Source: Octopus vulgaris | Lineage: Eukaryota | Assembly (NCBI GenBank): GCA_951406725.2 | Contig: OX597816.1 | Coordinates: 18,662,001-18,726,000, forward strand | DNA: 64,000 bases | Reading direction: 5' to 3' | Part shown: positions 12,300-25,148 of the stretch, piece after piece | Numbering within the stretch: position 1 is the first letter of the stretch | Layout of the letters: every line of letters begins with the position of its first letter | Made by a program: the position numbers and the translations under genes | Notes under the pieces: model-generated | Told to the model about the DNA's origin: nothing | What the model saw: the letters and a program-made list of their open reading frames with translations, nothing else | Databases searched by the model: none

Positions 12300-13140
12300 T
12301 TCGGAATAAACACAATTTGGAATGAAAATTAAAAGGATATATATGTAAAATAGAAATATATGAAGACTTACCTGATCAAAGAAGGATGAATGATTTTACA
12401 TATTAAGCAACTTAATCGTACTGATATACAAAAACGCAACCGTTGAAATCTGTGATGGTCAGGCGGTTATAAAATTTGCTGTTTATACATAACAAATTTC
12501 AGAATGAATTTCAGATTGTTGTTTTCTTTAAATGGCCGTTTATATATTGATTATAAACTTCTTTAAATGTCTTCCAATAGGTTTCCTGGTAGCATGTACA
12601 ATATGTATAGCAACGGAAGATAAAATCCTGATATATGCTTTAATTTTGATAAGCATAGCGTGTGATATAGTCATTAACTCTGTGGTAATTGATCAAAATA
12701 TAATACTTCAGGAAATACGAAACATTTGCAAATTAATTGCATGTGAATGGTGTAGGGAGTGATGAGAGTATTTTGTAAGTTGTTATGATATTCTCTACGT
12801 ATCATTGATATCCATAGCTATGATATTCTTGATTTTTTATAAATACTTTTATTTTGGTTGGGATATTTTGTTTTCTTTGTCGTTTATGAAAACTGTTAAA
12901 TCTAGTTCGAAACAGCTTTATATACTGAAATATTCATTATTTTTATCGCCACTATCCAGGTATTGATATATTTATAATTTAGACTTTGATAATTGATATA
13001 ATTAAAATTTTGGCATTGATACTTTTTCAAATTTATAAAAAGAATTCAATGACAAAGTGGTCATAATTGCTTACCACTTTAAAGGTTTTTATCGTAAAAA
13101 AAATCAACTCTTATAATTATATCTTTCAAGTGTGTTTCAT
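12300..13140 (-). pseudogene. Possible decayed LRR (Toll-like receptor-like) pseudogene, C-terminal part of the ectodomain
   Basis: Broken minus-strand frames read ILFINLKKYQCQNFNY, QYLDSGDK, ENKISQ and PTPFTCN (LRRCT-like), with weak YQYD and KLCLF further downstream. Many stops and frameshifts; pattern recognition only. Confidence 0.33.
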
Positions 13141-14118
13141 ATTCCGTCAATCACTTGTGCCAAAGCCGCTAAGGTAAAAAAATGTAAGCGTATGAATGGC
13201 GGCTGTTAAAGCCGTAGACGGTAAAATCAAACACAAGTCATTAGTGGTTCCGAGGCTATAAAAGTAGTCCCTTTTTCGAAGTACAGTGCATTGGAAATGA
13301 ACCTGAAACATTTAACTACACAGTCATATCTGCGCTTGATGTAAAATACATTTATTTACAATCTCTATCGTTCGCTGAATTAGGGTTAAGAAATTGCTAA
13401 GCAATTTTCACTTTGAAATGCATTATTTTTACTCAATCGTCATGTCTTTCTTAGTAAATTTCTTGCGAATTCTCTTAACAAAAGCAAAGTTAGATATCTG
13501 CTTTTTACTATGCATGAAATACAACACAAAACATCATAATATTAAAATTTCTCACATATTCGAATATCCATTCTGTATAATTATGTTTCTATATTAATAA
13601 AATCTGTCAATGTATTCTATTTGTCTTCCCAAATAAAATATTTTATATTTTAGAATATTTCTATTAGTATATTTACTTTTATTTTATGCTTTCTATTTTT
13701 ACACTTTTGCATTTGAAATTTATGTATCTGAATTTATTTTTATATCAGTATCATGCAAATTTCTATATTCTCTTCTTAGCTTAATTTTGCATACTGTAAA
13801 TGTAGTATCAGGCAAACATCTACATTTTCAATAACTTTGCCTTGCCCATGTTTGATTGTATAGCACGTGTATCTCACGAAGTTACATCACGTGTATATTA
13901 TAGCTGAATATACACTAGTTTCTGAAAGCTTTTTAATACAACGCCGATTAAAAGTAGGCACATTACTGCATCAAAGTTTATGTTATTCGTGGATTATGAA
14001 TCGGTACGTGTAAAAAGGGGATGATTTTGTTTACGCGGTGTCAGCAAAAGTACGATATTCTTCATAAATGTGAATGCGTGAATATGAAGCACACATAGAT
14101 GCTTACATAGACAATAGA

Positions 14119-14593
14119 ATGACTAGTTGTCAACATAATTTGGCAGCCTCAGGATGGGACGAATATTACTGTTATTTAACCCCAGGAAATATCGTTTCCA
14201 GCTGCCTATACGGCACGAAAAATCCTGTCCTGATACTTTCGAAATGGTGAGATCAGTAGCTCCACCCAGTATAACTTTCCGTCCACGTTTCAGTTTCTGT
14301 GTTATTGCATTTTATCAGCATGAATAGATTTGTTGGCAAGATGTCACCATTGAACTGCTGTCGAAAATATATAGGTTTCAAAGTGACACACAGTCGCTGA
14401 TCTACAAAATAGAATTTTCTTTTTTTCTAATAGCACCAGAAAGTAATGAGTTTTAGCCAACGTAATGTTACTGTTATATAGCCCCAAATATGAAGACACA
14501 AATAGCCAGCTGGAAAAGATCTTTCCTGGGACTAAATAACAGTAACATTAGTCCACTCATAATACTACCACATTATATTGGTAAAAAGTCATT
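14119..14593. mobile_element. MITE-like element with ~80-90-bp imperfect terminal inverted repeats
   Basis: ttactgttatttaaccccaggaaatatcgtttccagctg (14166-14204) is inverted at cagctggaaaagatctttcctgggactaaataacagtaa (14507-14545); similarity extends to atgact..agtcat at the ends. Confidence 0.72.
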
Positions 14594-14999
14594 ACTTTAT
14601 GGTGTTGTTGCTGTATATCTCTGTTTGGGAGATTTAGAAATTCTTTGGGTTTAGTAGATTTAAATGGAGCACATAATAAATATATAATATATAATCGGTT
14701 ATTATTACAAAAAGCCTGTGTGTGTCGCTCTTCTCCGTATTTTACAACTTTCGTGCTTATTTACAAATATATAAAAAATATATACAGTAAACTAGAATTA
14801 TATATACTTTAAAATTGCCTGAAATCGATGTGTGGGCAACGTAGCTAAATTGGGTGCGTACTGAGGCATGTAATTACAGATGTGTTCAATTCCCACTGGT
14901 TCGGCCCATAAATTTACGGTCAATTGATCACGTTTAATCGCGTTAAAAGGAACATGTATTAAATAAATAATATATCATTATAGTTATTATTAAAAAGGG

Positions 15000-15168
15000 A
15001 CATGCTTACAAATATTTAAGATTAGTAAATGAAGCTTAATAATCACCGAATAATATTAAACGTTGTAGTGGAAAGGATTCATACGGCGGCGAATTGGTAG
15101 AATGTTTGGGAGTGTATTTCTGCATTTATTCGTTTCCATTTGATATCAGTGAGTCTCAGTATTCTTAT
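15000..15168 (+). repeat. Left arm of a ~169-bp near-identical inverted duplication (partner 18374-18542)
   Basis: acatgcttacaaatatttaag...gagtctcagtattcttat is the reverse complement of 18374-18542 with only a few mismatches. Confidence 0.92.
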
Positions 15169-15243
15169 GTGCGTCGTCAACAGTTCCATGGGGTTGTACC
15201 GAACAAGACGACATATAATGTAAAATAACAATAGTAATAAGTA

Positions 15244-15341
<98 letters not shown>

Positions 15342-15356
15342 AATATATATATATAT

Positions 15357-15665
15357 GGGGGCGCAATGGCCCAGTGGTTAGGACAGCGGGCTTGCGGTTG
15401 TAGGATCGCGGTTTCGATTTCCAGAACAGACGTTGTGAGTGTTTATTGAGCGAAAACACCTAAAGCTCCACGAGGGTCCGGGGGGATGTGGTCGCGATCC
15501 CTGCTGTACTCTTTCGCTACAACTTTCTCTCACTCTTTCTTCTGTTGATCTGGTCGCTTAGCCAGCGGGGTGGCGTCATTTGAAGGCTAAAACAATGTGA
15601 AGCGCATTGTGACCAGCGATGTGTAGCAACATCTGATAGCCTGGTCAGCTACGGTGATCACTGTG
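15357..15665 (+). mobile_element. SINE family C, near full length
   Basis: ggggcgcaatggcccagtggttagg..ggtttcgatt head; tail gcattgtgaccagcgatgtgtagcaacatctgat also found inverted at 8419-8468. Confidence 0.87.
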
Positions 15666-15758
15666 ATCTGTGGCTTCTAGCTCGCTCTGATACTGAGTTG
15701 AGTTGGTGCCTTCTAGTATCTCAAAATTCAATATTCAATCATTCATGATTGTTTGTAT

Positions 15759-15850
15759 CCTGCGCTGATGAAAGAAGAAGTCTGGGTAAGGTAGAGTTAT
15801 CTAATTCTTATGCTTTCCTAAGACTTGATCTCGAAACGTACGTCCGTAGG
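15759..15850 (+). ncRNA. Type I hammerhead ribozyme, extended stem II, loop III GUAC
   Basis: Stem I CCUGCG/CGUAGG; CUGAUGA 15765-15771; long stem II (AAGUCU..AGACUU) with an A-C mismatch at its base; GAAA 15833-15836; AC-GUAC-GU; triplet GUC ending 15844. Confidence 0.8.
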
Positions 15851-16035
15851 TGACTTAAAACTGTATGATAGATTGCCGTTAATTCATTCTCTCTTACCTG
15901 TTTGTTTGCCTTTCAAATGCTGTGCCTTTACTGTGATCTCCCTTTTAGTAGAAGAAATAGCTATAATCTCTTTGACTGCTATTTCTAAATTCGGTGTGTG
16001 GTAAGGCAATTCGTTGCTAAACCCTTAATTGCTTA

Positions 16036-16078
<43 letters not shown>

Positions 16079-16333
16079 CATGGATGCGCATAGTTTAGTG
16101 GCATATCATCTACTGTGATGAACACCTTAATAGGATGTATTCAATGTCATTAGGTACTACCAATACAACGAACATGGACTATGTTAGTAAGAAACATGTG
16201 ACTTATGGAAACTCGAGTAGCAAGGAATTAAAAAATTATAAATTCCACCACTGTATATAGGCATATTAGTAATATGCATATATACATAGACATACATACA
16301 CACCTACACACACACACATGCACACACACACAC

Positions 16334-16366
<33 letters not shown>

Positions 16367-16402
16367 AACACACTGACGTATTACTATATTCACGCAAACA
16401 TG

Positions 16403-16440
<38 letters not shown>

Positions 16441-16448
<8 letters not shown>

Positions 16449-16492
16449 GTTGACATACGACTGTGCGTATGGGAGTACTATATAAATATGTA

Positions 16493-16546
<54 letters not shown>

Positions 16547-16598
16547 TACATATTTATATAATACTCGCGCACGCACACATTTATGTCAACAACTTATA
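16441..16598. repeat. Imperfect palindrome centred on a (TA)n tract
   Basis: ttgttgacata..tatataaatatgtacgca (TA)n tgcgtacatatttatata..tatgtcaacaa. Confidence 0.85.
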
Positions 16599-17589
16599 TA
16601 TATATAAAGCCACAAGGGTATAGGTAATGCATTTGTGGGTGCACCAAATTCAACTCCGTTCAAATAATGCCATTAGATAGAAGAAACATTGAATTTTCAG
16701 TATTTCTCTCATTCACGATGAAGAAGAAAGAAACAGAAACGAACTAATCTACTTACAAAATGACAACTGCATTTCATGCGAAAAAAAAAAACAGAAACAG
16801 AAATGAAAGTCTACACTATATAGAAATAAGTAAAAAACAACGTATAATTATTGAACACGTCAGTGATGGAAATATTTGCCTTTAAGTTAATCCATTTTAG
16901 ACCGGCACACACATATATATACACGCATATACAAATACTAAGTGCGAAGATGAAGTTTAAAAAATAATCATGTTTCCAAACACAATGGTTAATAATTAAT
17001 ATCTCTGAAAAAAATTCATCCTGAAATATTCGACTTCGAAAAACGAAAGCCTCAAAGGACCAAATAGTCATATTTTTAACGATTAATCATGCTATAACTA
17101 TTTACTGATGGGCAAATATAATCCCTATAGAATAGCTTATATATTTGCTTCGAATGATTTTCCAATTGTCACTTATTTTATGCATTCATATCTCTCCTGA
17201 ACATTCTTATAGCATGATGGTATTTCGAATGCATACGCTCCTTTCTGCGGTATTGTATCACCTCATTATTATCGTTTTCTGTTTCCATTTCTCACATTAT
17301 TTCCATTGATTTACATTCATTGATTTAATTTGCTGAAACGTCGTGTGTCATCCTCTCTTTCCCTGCAAGTATATATCCCAGTATGCCCCAGATGCTAGTA
17401 TTGATACTTATCAAATGTACTCGTGGTATAAATTTGATGGATACTGAATGGTTTCGAACCTTCCAAATTCGTCTGCTGTTAGTCTTATGGCATATGCCAA
17501 TGGAGGAGTTTGGCACTGTAAACGAGTTAGCAAAAATGACTAGTAAATAAGTTAGTACAAATAAATTAGTTAAATCGCCATCATAGATC

Positions 17590-17770
17590 GGTAGCCACTA
17601 CACACATTTTTTTCTCTCCTTGTTACCTTCTGTGTTCCTTTCTGTGGGAGAGCGTAGTTTTCGAAACGGTAAAGAAGTTTTCACTTCCCGAGAGTTATAC
17701 TAATATATCTGTTTTTCTACACCACCTGTCTTCGTCTTTTGTTTTTTTTTCGTGAATTCTCTCTATATAT
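17590..17770 (+). mobile_element. Short non-coding element with a degenerate minimal hammerhead (family of 34160 and 61447)
   Basis: ctttctgtgggagagcgtagttttcgaaacggtaaag followed by accacctgtcttcgtcttttgttt..(TA)n, matching the minus-strand copy at 61447-61640. Confidence 0.65.
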
Positions 17771-17896
17771 ATACATAGAGCAAATAAGAAAATAGGGAGG
17801 ATACAAAAATGACATACATCAGCTGGTAGACATTCTAGTATGTCTATTTATTCCAAAGTATTATTATGTAGACATGTAATAACTATGTGTAACATA

Positions 17897-18171
17897 CACA
17901 TGTACTAATATTACAGAAAAGAGCAGAAGAGAGCAAAAGATCAGATTATCAGAAGATTCTAAGTTCCCTACAGCCGTTTCTGCCAAGGGCCTAGATGCAT
18001 ATTCAGCATCGAAACTTTATCTGCCTATCACCACTGAACACTGAGGAGATGGAGATGGCATGGAGTATTGCGTTGCGTCTTGGCAGAAACGGCCGTAAGA
18101 AACTTAGAACTTTCAGACAATCTGATATTTTGCTCTTTTCTGCTCTTTTTCTGTAATATTAGTAAATGTGT
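17897..18171. repeat. Inverted repeat, ~90-bp arms and ~90-bp spacer, next to (TA)n; arms carry the 3' half of a hammerhead (GAAAC-GGCC-GUA)
   Basis: tactaatattacagaaaagagcagaag..gccgtttctgccaag versus cttggcagaaacggccgtaag..ttctgctctttttctgtaatattagta. Confidence 0.85.
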
Positions 18172-18185
18172 GTGTAACGTGTGTA

Positions 18186-18257
<72 letters not shown>

Positions 18258-18373
18258 TTTTATACGTTTAGTTTAGTTAAGAAATCTTGATAAAACGTAG
18301 CAACCTCTACGGATTACCTACAAACTAAAAAAGTTCGGAAGTATAGAGAGGCATCAGTAAACAGTACAAGTTT

Positions 18374-18542
18374 ATAAGAATACTGAGACTCACTGATATC
18401 AAATGAAAACAAGTAAATGCAGAAATACACTCCCAAACATTCTACCAATTCGCCGCCGTATGAATCCTTTCCACTACAACGTTTAATATTATTCGGTGAT
18501 TATTAAGCTTCATTTACTAATCTTAAATATTTGTAAGCATGT
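18374..18542 (-). repeat. Right arm of the inverted duplication of 15000-15168
   Basis: Direct reverse-complement match. Confidence 0.92.
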
Positions 18543-18778
18543 GTTTATTTTCTGTACTAAGTTCGTTCGCATATATGAAAATATTGATATGTCTCTCAAA
18601 TAACGGAAAATAGAGATAATGATATTGATGCGTAACTTTACTACAGCACCGGACACGACTCTGTACCTTTCAGGTGTAGTTAGTAATTCTTTTGTGCAGC
18701 GCATAAATAGTTTGTATATTTAATGAAGTGGGCAGATGTATGTATGTATGTATGTATGTATGTATGTGTGTATGTATG

Positions 18779-18838
<60 letters not shown>

Positions 18839-18923
18839 TTGAAGTAGATAAATGAATTATCTTATTACGAGAGCGTTTGTTGAAAAGCTTGTTGTGCATT
18901 TTGTTGGAGAATTAAGTTCCTGG

Positions 18924-19008
18924 ATTTTCCTGAAGAGAAAGCTGCAAAATGGACTCTTATTCAATCGGAATTAGGGACTTTGCAGACTTCGAAACATATG
19001 TCGAAAAT
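18924..19008 (+). ncRNA. Type I hammerhead ribozyme, extended stem II, loop III AUAU, in a ~225-bp element (18836-19060) flanked by (TA)n on both sides
   Basis: Stem I AUUUUC/GAAAAU; CUGAAGA 18930-18936; stem II GAA..CUGCAAA..UUUGCAG..UUC; GAAA 18991-18994; AC-AUAU-GU; triplet GUC ending 19002. Confidence 0.86.
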
Positions 19009-19060
19009 AAAATAAAGGAATTTGGTTAAATCTTCGTTCAGCTCCATTCTTTACTATACT

Positions 19061-19093
<33 letters not shown>

Positions 19094-19445
19094 ATATATA
19101 TATATGGTATATGTATATCTGTCACAAGTTCTCTTTATATCAGAATATTTTGGTGCATCTGTTTTACGCCCATTTATTACCAAGTAGGACAAATGTTCTT
19201 TTATGTACGAAATATCTAGAATTTCCTTTCGAAATTCCTCTTGTATTTCACATGACATATTTATGGATACTTATGTCAATTTTACGGACTTTTAAAAATT
19301 GGTTTCATTATAGAAGAAAATGTTTTTCCATACCTTATATAGAATGACAGATTTTTGGCAATAAAATTGCCTGGTTACTGTTTCTGAAATGTGATGTCTT
19401 TTATTAACCCTAAGATTAGTAATATAATCTAAAATCAAATATGTA

Positions 19446-19634
19446 GGCGCGGACATGGCTGTGAGGTAAGACGCTTGCTTTCCAACCATATGGTTCCGGG
19501 TTCAGTCTCACTACGTGGCACCTTGCGCAAGTGTTTTCTACTATAGCCTCAGGCTGACCAAAGCTTTGTCAGTGGATTTGGTAGACGGAAGCATATATAT
19601 ATATATATATATATATTTATAAAGAAGAAGCCCT

Positions 19635-19702
<68 letters not shown>

Positions 19703-19978
19703 TGCAGAGAGAGAGAGAGAAAGTTGTAAGTAGATATATAAAGATATAGATAGATATGTATTTATGTTTATGTGTGGGTTTTTTGTGTTTGTCCTCACTA
19801 ACGCTTAACAACTGATGTTGGTGTGCTTACGTCTCCGTAACCTAGCGGTTCGGCAAAGAGTCCGACCGATAGAATATGTACTAGGTTTACAAAGAATTAT
19901 GTCTGGGGTCGATTTCTTCGACTAAAAGCGGTGATCCGTCATGACCACAGTGAAATGACTGAAACATGTAAAAGAATA
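19446..19978 (+). mobile_element. SINE family A with expanded internal microsatellites
   Basis: Head ggcgcggacatggctgtgaggtaag.., tail gactgaaacatgtaaaaga. Confidence 0.85.
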
Positions 19979-20048
19979 TATATATGTGTGTGTGTCGTGT
20001 ATATATATATATATATATATATATTAATAAATAAGAAATATATAAGAA

Positions 20049-20079
<31 letters not shown>

Positions 20080-20896
20080 TCACTATGTATATTCGAGAAT
20101 GTGTATTAGATGCAGTACATTTTCACAAAAGCAATTATAATTGAATATTAAGCTATGGATCATAATCCAGTATCTTCCATTCGATTATACTGAATAAGCG
20201 CGAATACATTTAACAAGCATCTATAAAAGATATTTCTTCGTCAAAGTAATTCCTTATCGCCTTTAATGTCATGGAGGCTAAACAAAAAAAAACCAGCGTA
20301 GAGAAAATTGGAGTGCTTATACGGCGTGCACACCTATTCTCCTGCAATTCGTTACACACGCATAACCTCATTCGTATGCTCATTTCTCTTTGATATATTT
20401 CTTGGGATTACAAAAGTGAACTATAACATTTTTATGAAATGTATTATTTCTTAGAATCACTGAGCTGAGAAATTAATTTCCTTATATTTGAATCATATAT
20501 CTCTGAACTCTTTGAAATTCATCCACATCGAACGATCAAAGTAAGATTTCGTTCACAAACAAATGATTTAATAAGACTATTGCTATATAATACATAATCT
20601 GTATTATAATTTCATCTTTTCTGCATGTTACATCCTGCATCGTGCACTGGATTTAGATTTTTAATCTACATTACTTGCAGATGTATGATCTTCTTACTCT
20701 GATCTCGAATCTTCGGTGTATGAATCTGTCTTAGCAATCCTTAATATAAGAAATCTCCTTTCGCTATCCAGCAGAAAGGATCAATGTTTAAATCGACAAT
20801 CTGTTACCTATACGCATTCTTTCCATTTATTAGAAAAGAAACCACATGTAATGAAAGAATATGCGTCTTCCCTCTCTCTATTTATATGTGTATGTT

Positions 20897-20926
20897 TCTC
20901 TCTCTCTCTCTCTCTGCATCTGTGCA

Positions 20927-20966
<40 letters not shown>

Positions 20967-21272
20967 CATATATATGTGTATTTATATACATATATATGTG
21001 TATTTATATACATATATATGTATGTATGTATATACATATGTATATATATACATAGATTTGTATATATATACTTTATATATACATATATATGTATATATAT
21101 ATATACATATATATGTATTTCCTATATATCTACATATAGACATATATATATACATATATATATATAGATATATATATATATATATATACATGTATATATA
21201 TACACGTATATATATATATATATGTACCTATAAATATATATGTATTTATAAGTATATACGTATGAATGTACT

Positions 21273-21321
<49 letters not shown>

Positions 21322-21420
21322 GAATGTATGTATCTATTAGATTCAGGCTCCCACACACGCACTCATATATACATATATTTTAGATATCTAATACTTACAC
21401 ATATTTCTATATATGTATGA
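20897..21420. repeat. Compound TA/TG/CA-rich low-complexity tract
   Basis: Degenerate (TA)n array that gives the IY-rich ORFs. Confidence 0.93.
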
Positions 21421-21884
21421 GTGTGTCGCGGTGTACGGTTATCCTGGAGATATTAATGGCATATGTAATTTATATGACATTTAACGTGCCAAGGATTGCA
21501 AATTGTTTCTTTCATGTTTAAAAATTCGGTTTTTGGAAATACAAGACAATATGTTTAGCACGTGTTCATTGGATGCTTCAAACCATTGATTGTTTCAAGT
21601 CTTTGAAATATATATAATCATTCAATATTATAAATGTTTGTTTTACTCTTATCCAACTTAACGCCATATAGATACGTAACGCAAAAGTCTCAAATCCTAA
21701 ACTCAGTATGCATCTTATTTCAGACTCTTGATATTTTAGGCTTCGCAGCATAGACTTATATATAAAATACATTTACAAAGTCAGTCACTGTGGTATGGTG
21801 CTTAACACTTTTGTTATACAATACTATATTGCATTACATGCATATATTATTTGTTTCGGAGCCAACTATTTTCTATGTTAATAA

Positions 21885-22278
21885 ATTAACAACAGTTAAG
21901 ACAAATAAGTAAATACAATCATTCATCAACAGATGCTTGCGTAGTATACTTAAAATTAGATGGCTCGAACACATAAACAATACGGAGATATGGCAAAGAA
22001 CAAATCAAGTTTCGATTAGGGAGCAATTATTTAAGAAAAAGGGGAAGTGAATTGGTAGCCCAATTAGAAAAGACACACCAAATGTAGCGAAAAGTGCTTT
22101 ACAGTGGAATACGGATGGATATAGAAAGAAAGGTAAGGCCTAAGAACTCTCGGCAGAAATCAACTCAAAAGGAACTAGAGAAATGGGGAATTCATGGCAG
22201 AGTATAAGTAGAGAAGCGAAAAATTATGCGACATGGAATTCAATTATAAGTGGCCTGTACTCCGCGTTGGAGGGTTAA
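21885..22278 (+). mobile_element. RTE-clade LINE 3' fragment (decayed ORF C-terminus)
   Basis: Translates as SFINRCLRSILKIRWLEHINNTEIWQRTNQ..IGSPIRK..ALQWNTDGYRKKG-RPK..SW..W..GLYS, the RTE post-RT motif series, with stops and frameshifts. Confidence 0.85.
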
Positions 22279-22595
22279 AGGCAGAAAAAACAATTTTTTC
22301 ACGTTACTTCATTTAGCAGAATTTAAAATTAAATGCAAGTCGCATGACGTATATTCCAGGAAGATGTGTTGCAGTATATTTCTCCTTCAAAAAGTAGCAA
22401 ATCTCAAAAGCAAAGCGTTTTCATAGAAATAATGTACCGATATTATATACTAATGTAGCAAATTATATTCCAGCAATGTGTGTATACACAGGAGTATTAA
22501 TAGTACATTAAGCTAAATCTTAAAATACGCACATGTATTCGAATTGCTTAAGCAATAGTGATGCAGTGTATTCACTAAATCTTCTTTATATAATA

Positions 22596-22970
22596 CTAGC
22601 AGTATCGCCCGGCGTTGCTCTGGTTTGTAAGGGAAATAACTATAAAGCATTTTTAGAGAGTTATAGCCAAAAAATGGAAAAAAAATGATGGTAACTTTTT
22701 TTTGAGAGTAAAAAAAGGTGGAGTTGCGTCCCCTAGACAGTTTGCGGTTTGTGTTTCTGATTCTCGACCCCATGTCGAATTTATCGATTTTTTTTCAGAA
22801 CTGGGGGAACTTTTCAAAATTTTCGCTGCGTTAGTTTTGAATTATGACATTGGGCTATGTGTGTGTCAAGTTTCATCAGAATCGGTTGAAAGCCGTGGTC
22901 AGGATGAGGGTACAAGCAAACAGACACACAGAAACACGCACAGACAAACTGCCGTTTATATAGAGAGAGA
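22596..22970 (-). mobile_element. Non-autonomous Helitron (375 bp)
   Basis: Minus strand starts 5'-TC(tctctctatataaacggcag) and ends gcaacgccgggcgatactgCTAG. It is inserted between A and T and is homologous to 59510-60336. Confidence 0.88.
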
Positions 22971-24273
22971 TTACTAAAATATCTCTCTTATGGAAAGAAT
23001 TGTAAACGCACTATATATGTATTTGTGTGTGTATTTGCTGGCAGAGAGGTTGATAGATTGATAAAGAAGGAGAGAGAAATTTGTAAAAATAATTTTCATA
23101 TTAGAATAGAATATTAGGAACAATAGATATAAGCATGGAAAGATCTTACGATTTAATTAAAACACATTAAAATGTCGATAAATATAGAAATATAGACTTG
23201 TATCTGATTTTAGTATCTCAGAAATGACTTCGTATAGAGTGCTACTCTGCCCCTGTAATGTTAAAATGATTGATATTGAGTAGTAACCTAAATTACTATA
23301 AATAAAGCTTCATGTTAATGATTTAGGCAACATCTTTAAATGGCACGATATGTAGAGCATGAACAAGAATAAATCAAATAGAACAACGAACAGAGAGCCG
23401 CGATTTGACAGCTATACATGAAAGAACAATAAAAAAGAAATTCAAATGATGTGTTTATCTATTCAATGCATATGTTCTCTGCAACATCTGTAGAGACATT
23501 ATCTAGTGTTAAAATATCTATGAAGTTTCAATCGATGTCATGCTTCAAACAGGATATGACAAAGTAACAATATTACACACAGAAAACAGTAGGAGATTAG
23601 CTTTGAAATTCAATATGAAAAGGAAAATATACCAACATTTTATAGGTGTCCATTCATGCAAATATTTATCATTTCGCTTTGCAGTATAAACTATACAAAC
23701 GTTTCTCCGATAAATGATATAACTTATGCACACATAATCTAAATATCAATTTTATAAATTTGTGATTTTTTTCTCTATATAATTGATATTTAAATGACTA
23801 CTTGTTTATACAAAGAACACAAAGATATTTAGCTTAGGAATTCGCAGCCACTCTTCCACCTATAAAATATTCGGAGAGGTTATTCTAAGCAACATCATAT
23901 TATAAAAGTCTTAGTGTCCTCATAGAAAAACGCCCGTGAATGGGTTATATTTCGTTTGTGGGATAAATAACCCTAAAAATGTGTTGAATAATATTTATTT
24001 AGAAAATTACGTTGAAACGTTATATATGCAGTTTAAACAGGAAAAAAAAATTGAAAGGCAATTTTCATATTGTCGTGTATTTTGGCAAATAGGTTCGATT
24101 GGGCAATGCCGAGTAGAAGAACAGTTACATATAAATGCTCATTTCAGGCTTCCAACGTTAAATACAACATACACCATTGCACGCAAAGGATTACCCCAGG
24201 GCAATGGATGAGCTCCTGTGAGAAGCAAAAAAATTGTATATAAAAGCCCTAGACCGAGACAAGGATAATATTC

Positions 24274-24342
<69 letters not shown>

Positions 24343-24345
<3 letters not shown>

Positions 24346-25083
24346 ATTAATCAATATAGGGTGGCAAAAAAATTTTGTAGAATTTTCTGTCACCAGCGGC
24401 CTAGTGGGAAAAATTAAATAGTCATAGACCATTTATAAGTTCAACATCACAATCAAGGAACGGCCATAATAGGCCATTCACCCACTAGAAATAACAGCCA
24501 AAGCTTCAACCGCAAAATAACATTAATTCCGCAAACCAGGAGAAAATTAAAAAAACGTTTACCCTGTAATTTCTTATACGATGCACCGTTTCATCTACTG
24601 TTTAATGGTAAACTAACCTGATTAAATTAAATCAAGCCAATCTTCCATAGGCCCTTAGATTCGTCAGTAAGAAATAGCCAGATCGGAACAGATATTTTCA
24701 CGAGGCACATCTGTCCCTGCCTCGGCAATATCTGACCTAAAATTTTCAAATCATCGCACTCGCGCCAAATTTATCGGCAGCAAATAAATATAAGCCGCCG
24801 ATTCCATTACGGAATCAACCAGAAAATTCATAATTAATCAATATAGGGTGGCAAAAAAATTTTGTAGAATTTTTCTGTCACCAGCGGCCTAGTGGGAAAA
24901 AATTAAATAGTCATAGACCATTTATAAGTTCAACATCACAATCAAGGAACGGCCATAATAGGCCATTCACCCACTAGAAATAACAGCCTAAGCTTCAACC
25001 GCAAACGGTATACAGGGTGTGGTATATGTATTTTGCGGTTGAAGCTGTGTTATTTCTAGTACGGCCGTTCCTTGTTGTGATGT

Positions 25084-25086
<3 letters not shown>
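24343..25086 (-). mobile_element. Non-coding hammerhead-bearing element inside (TA)n: 487-bp period partial tandem (direct repeats 24343-24516 and 24830-25005) plus a short inverted fragment 25026-25086; retrozyme or PLE pseudo-LTR-like
   Basis: Near-identical ~175-bp direct repeats, a hammerhead between them, an inverted and internally deleted copy of the repeat end, and (TA)n on both flanks. Confidence 0.85.
24569..24675 (-). ncRNA. Type I hammerhead ribozyme with extended stem II
   Basis: Minus strand: AUUUCUUA CUGACGA AUCUA..(~58 nt)..UAGAU GAAA CG-GUGCAU-CG UA UAAGAAAU. Stem I is a perfect 8 bp; triplet GUA. Confidence 0.88.

Positions 25087-25148
<62 letters not shown>

Noticed and set aside
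12366-12374. Perfect minus-strand splice donor CAG/GTAAGT
   Set aside because: All upstream frames contain stops and no acceptor or exon could be supported.
20716-21420. 234-aa ORF and the many other IYIY/CVCV/THTH ORFs, including 44237..45034
   Set aside because: Dinucleotide microsatellites lack stop codons, so these ORFs are artefacts.
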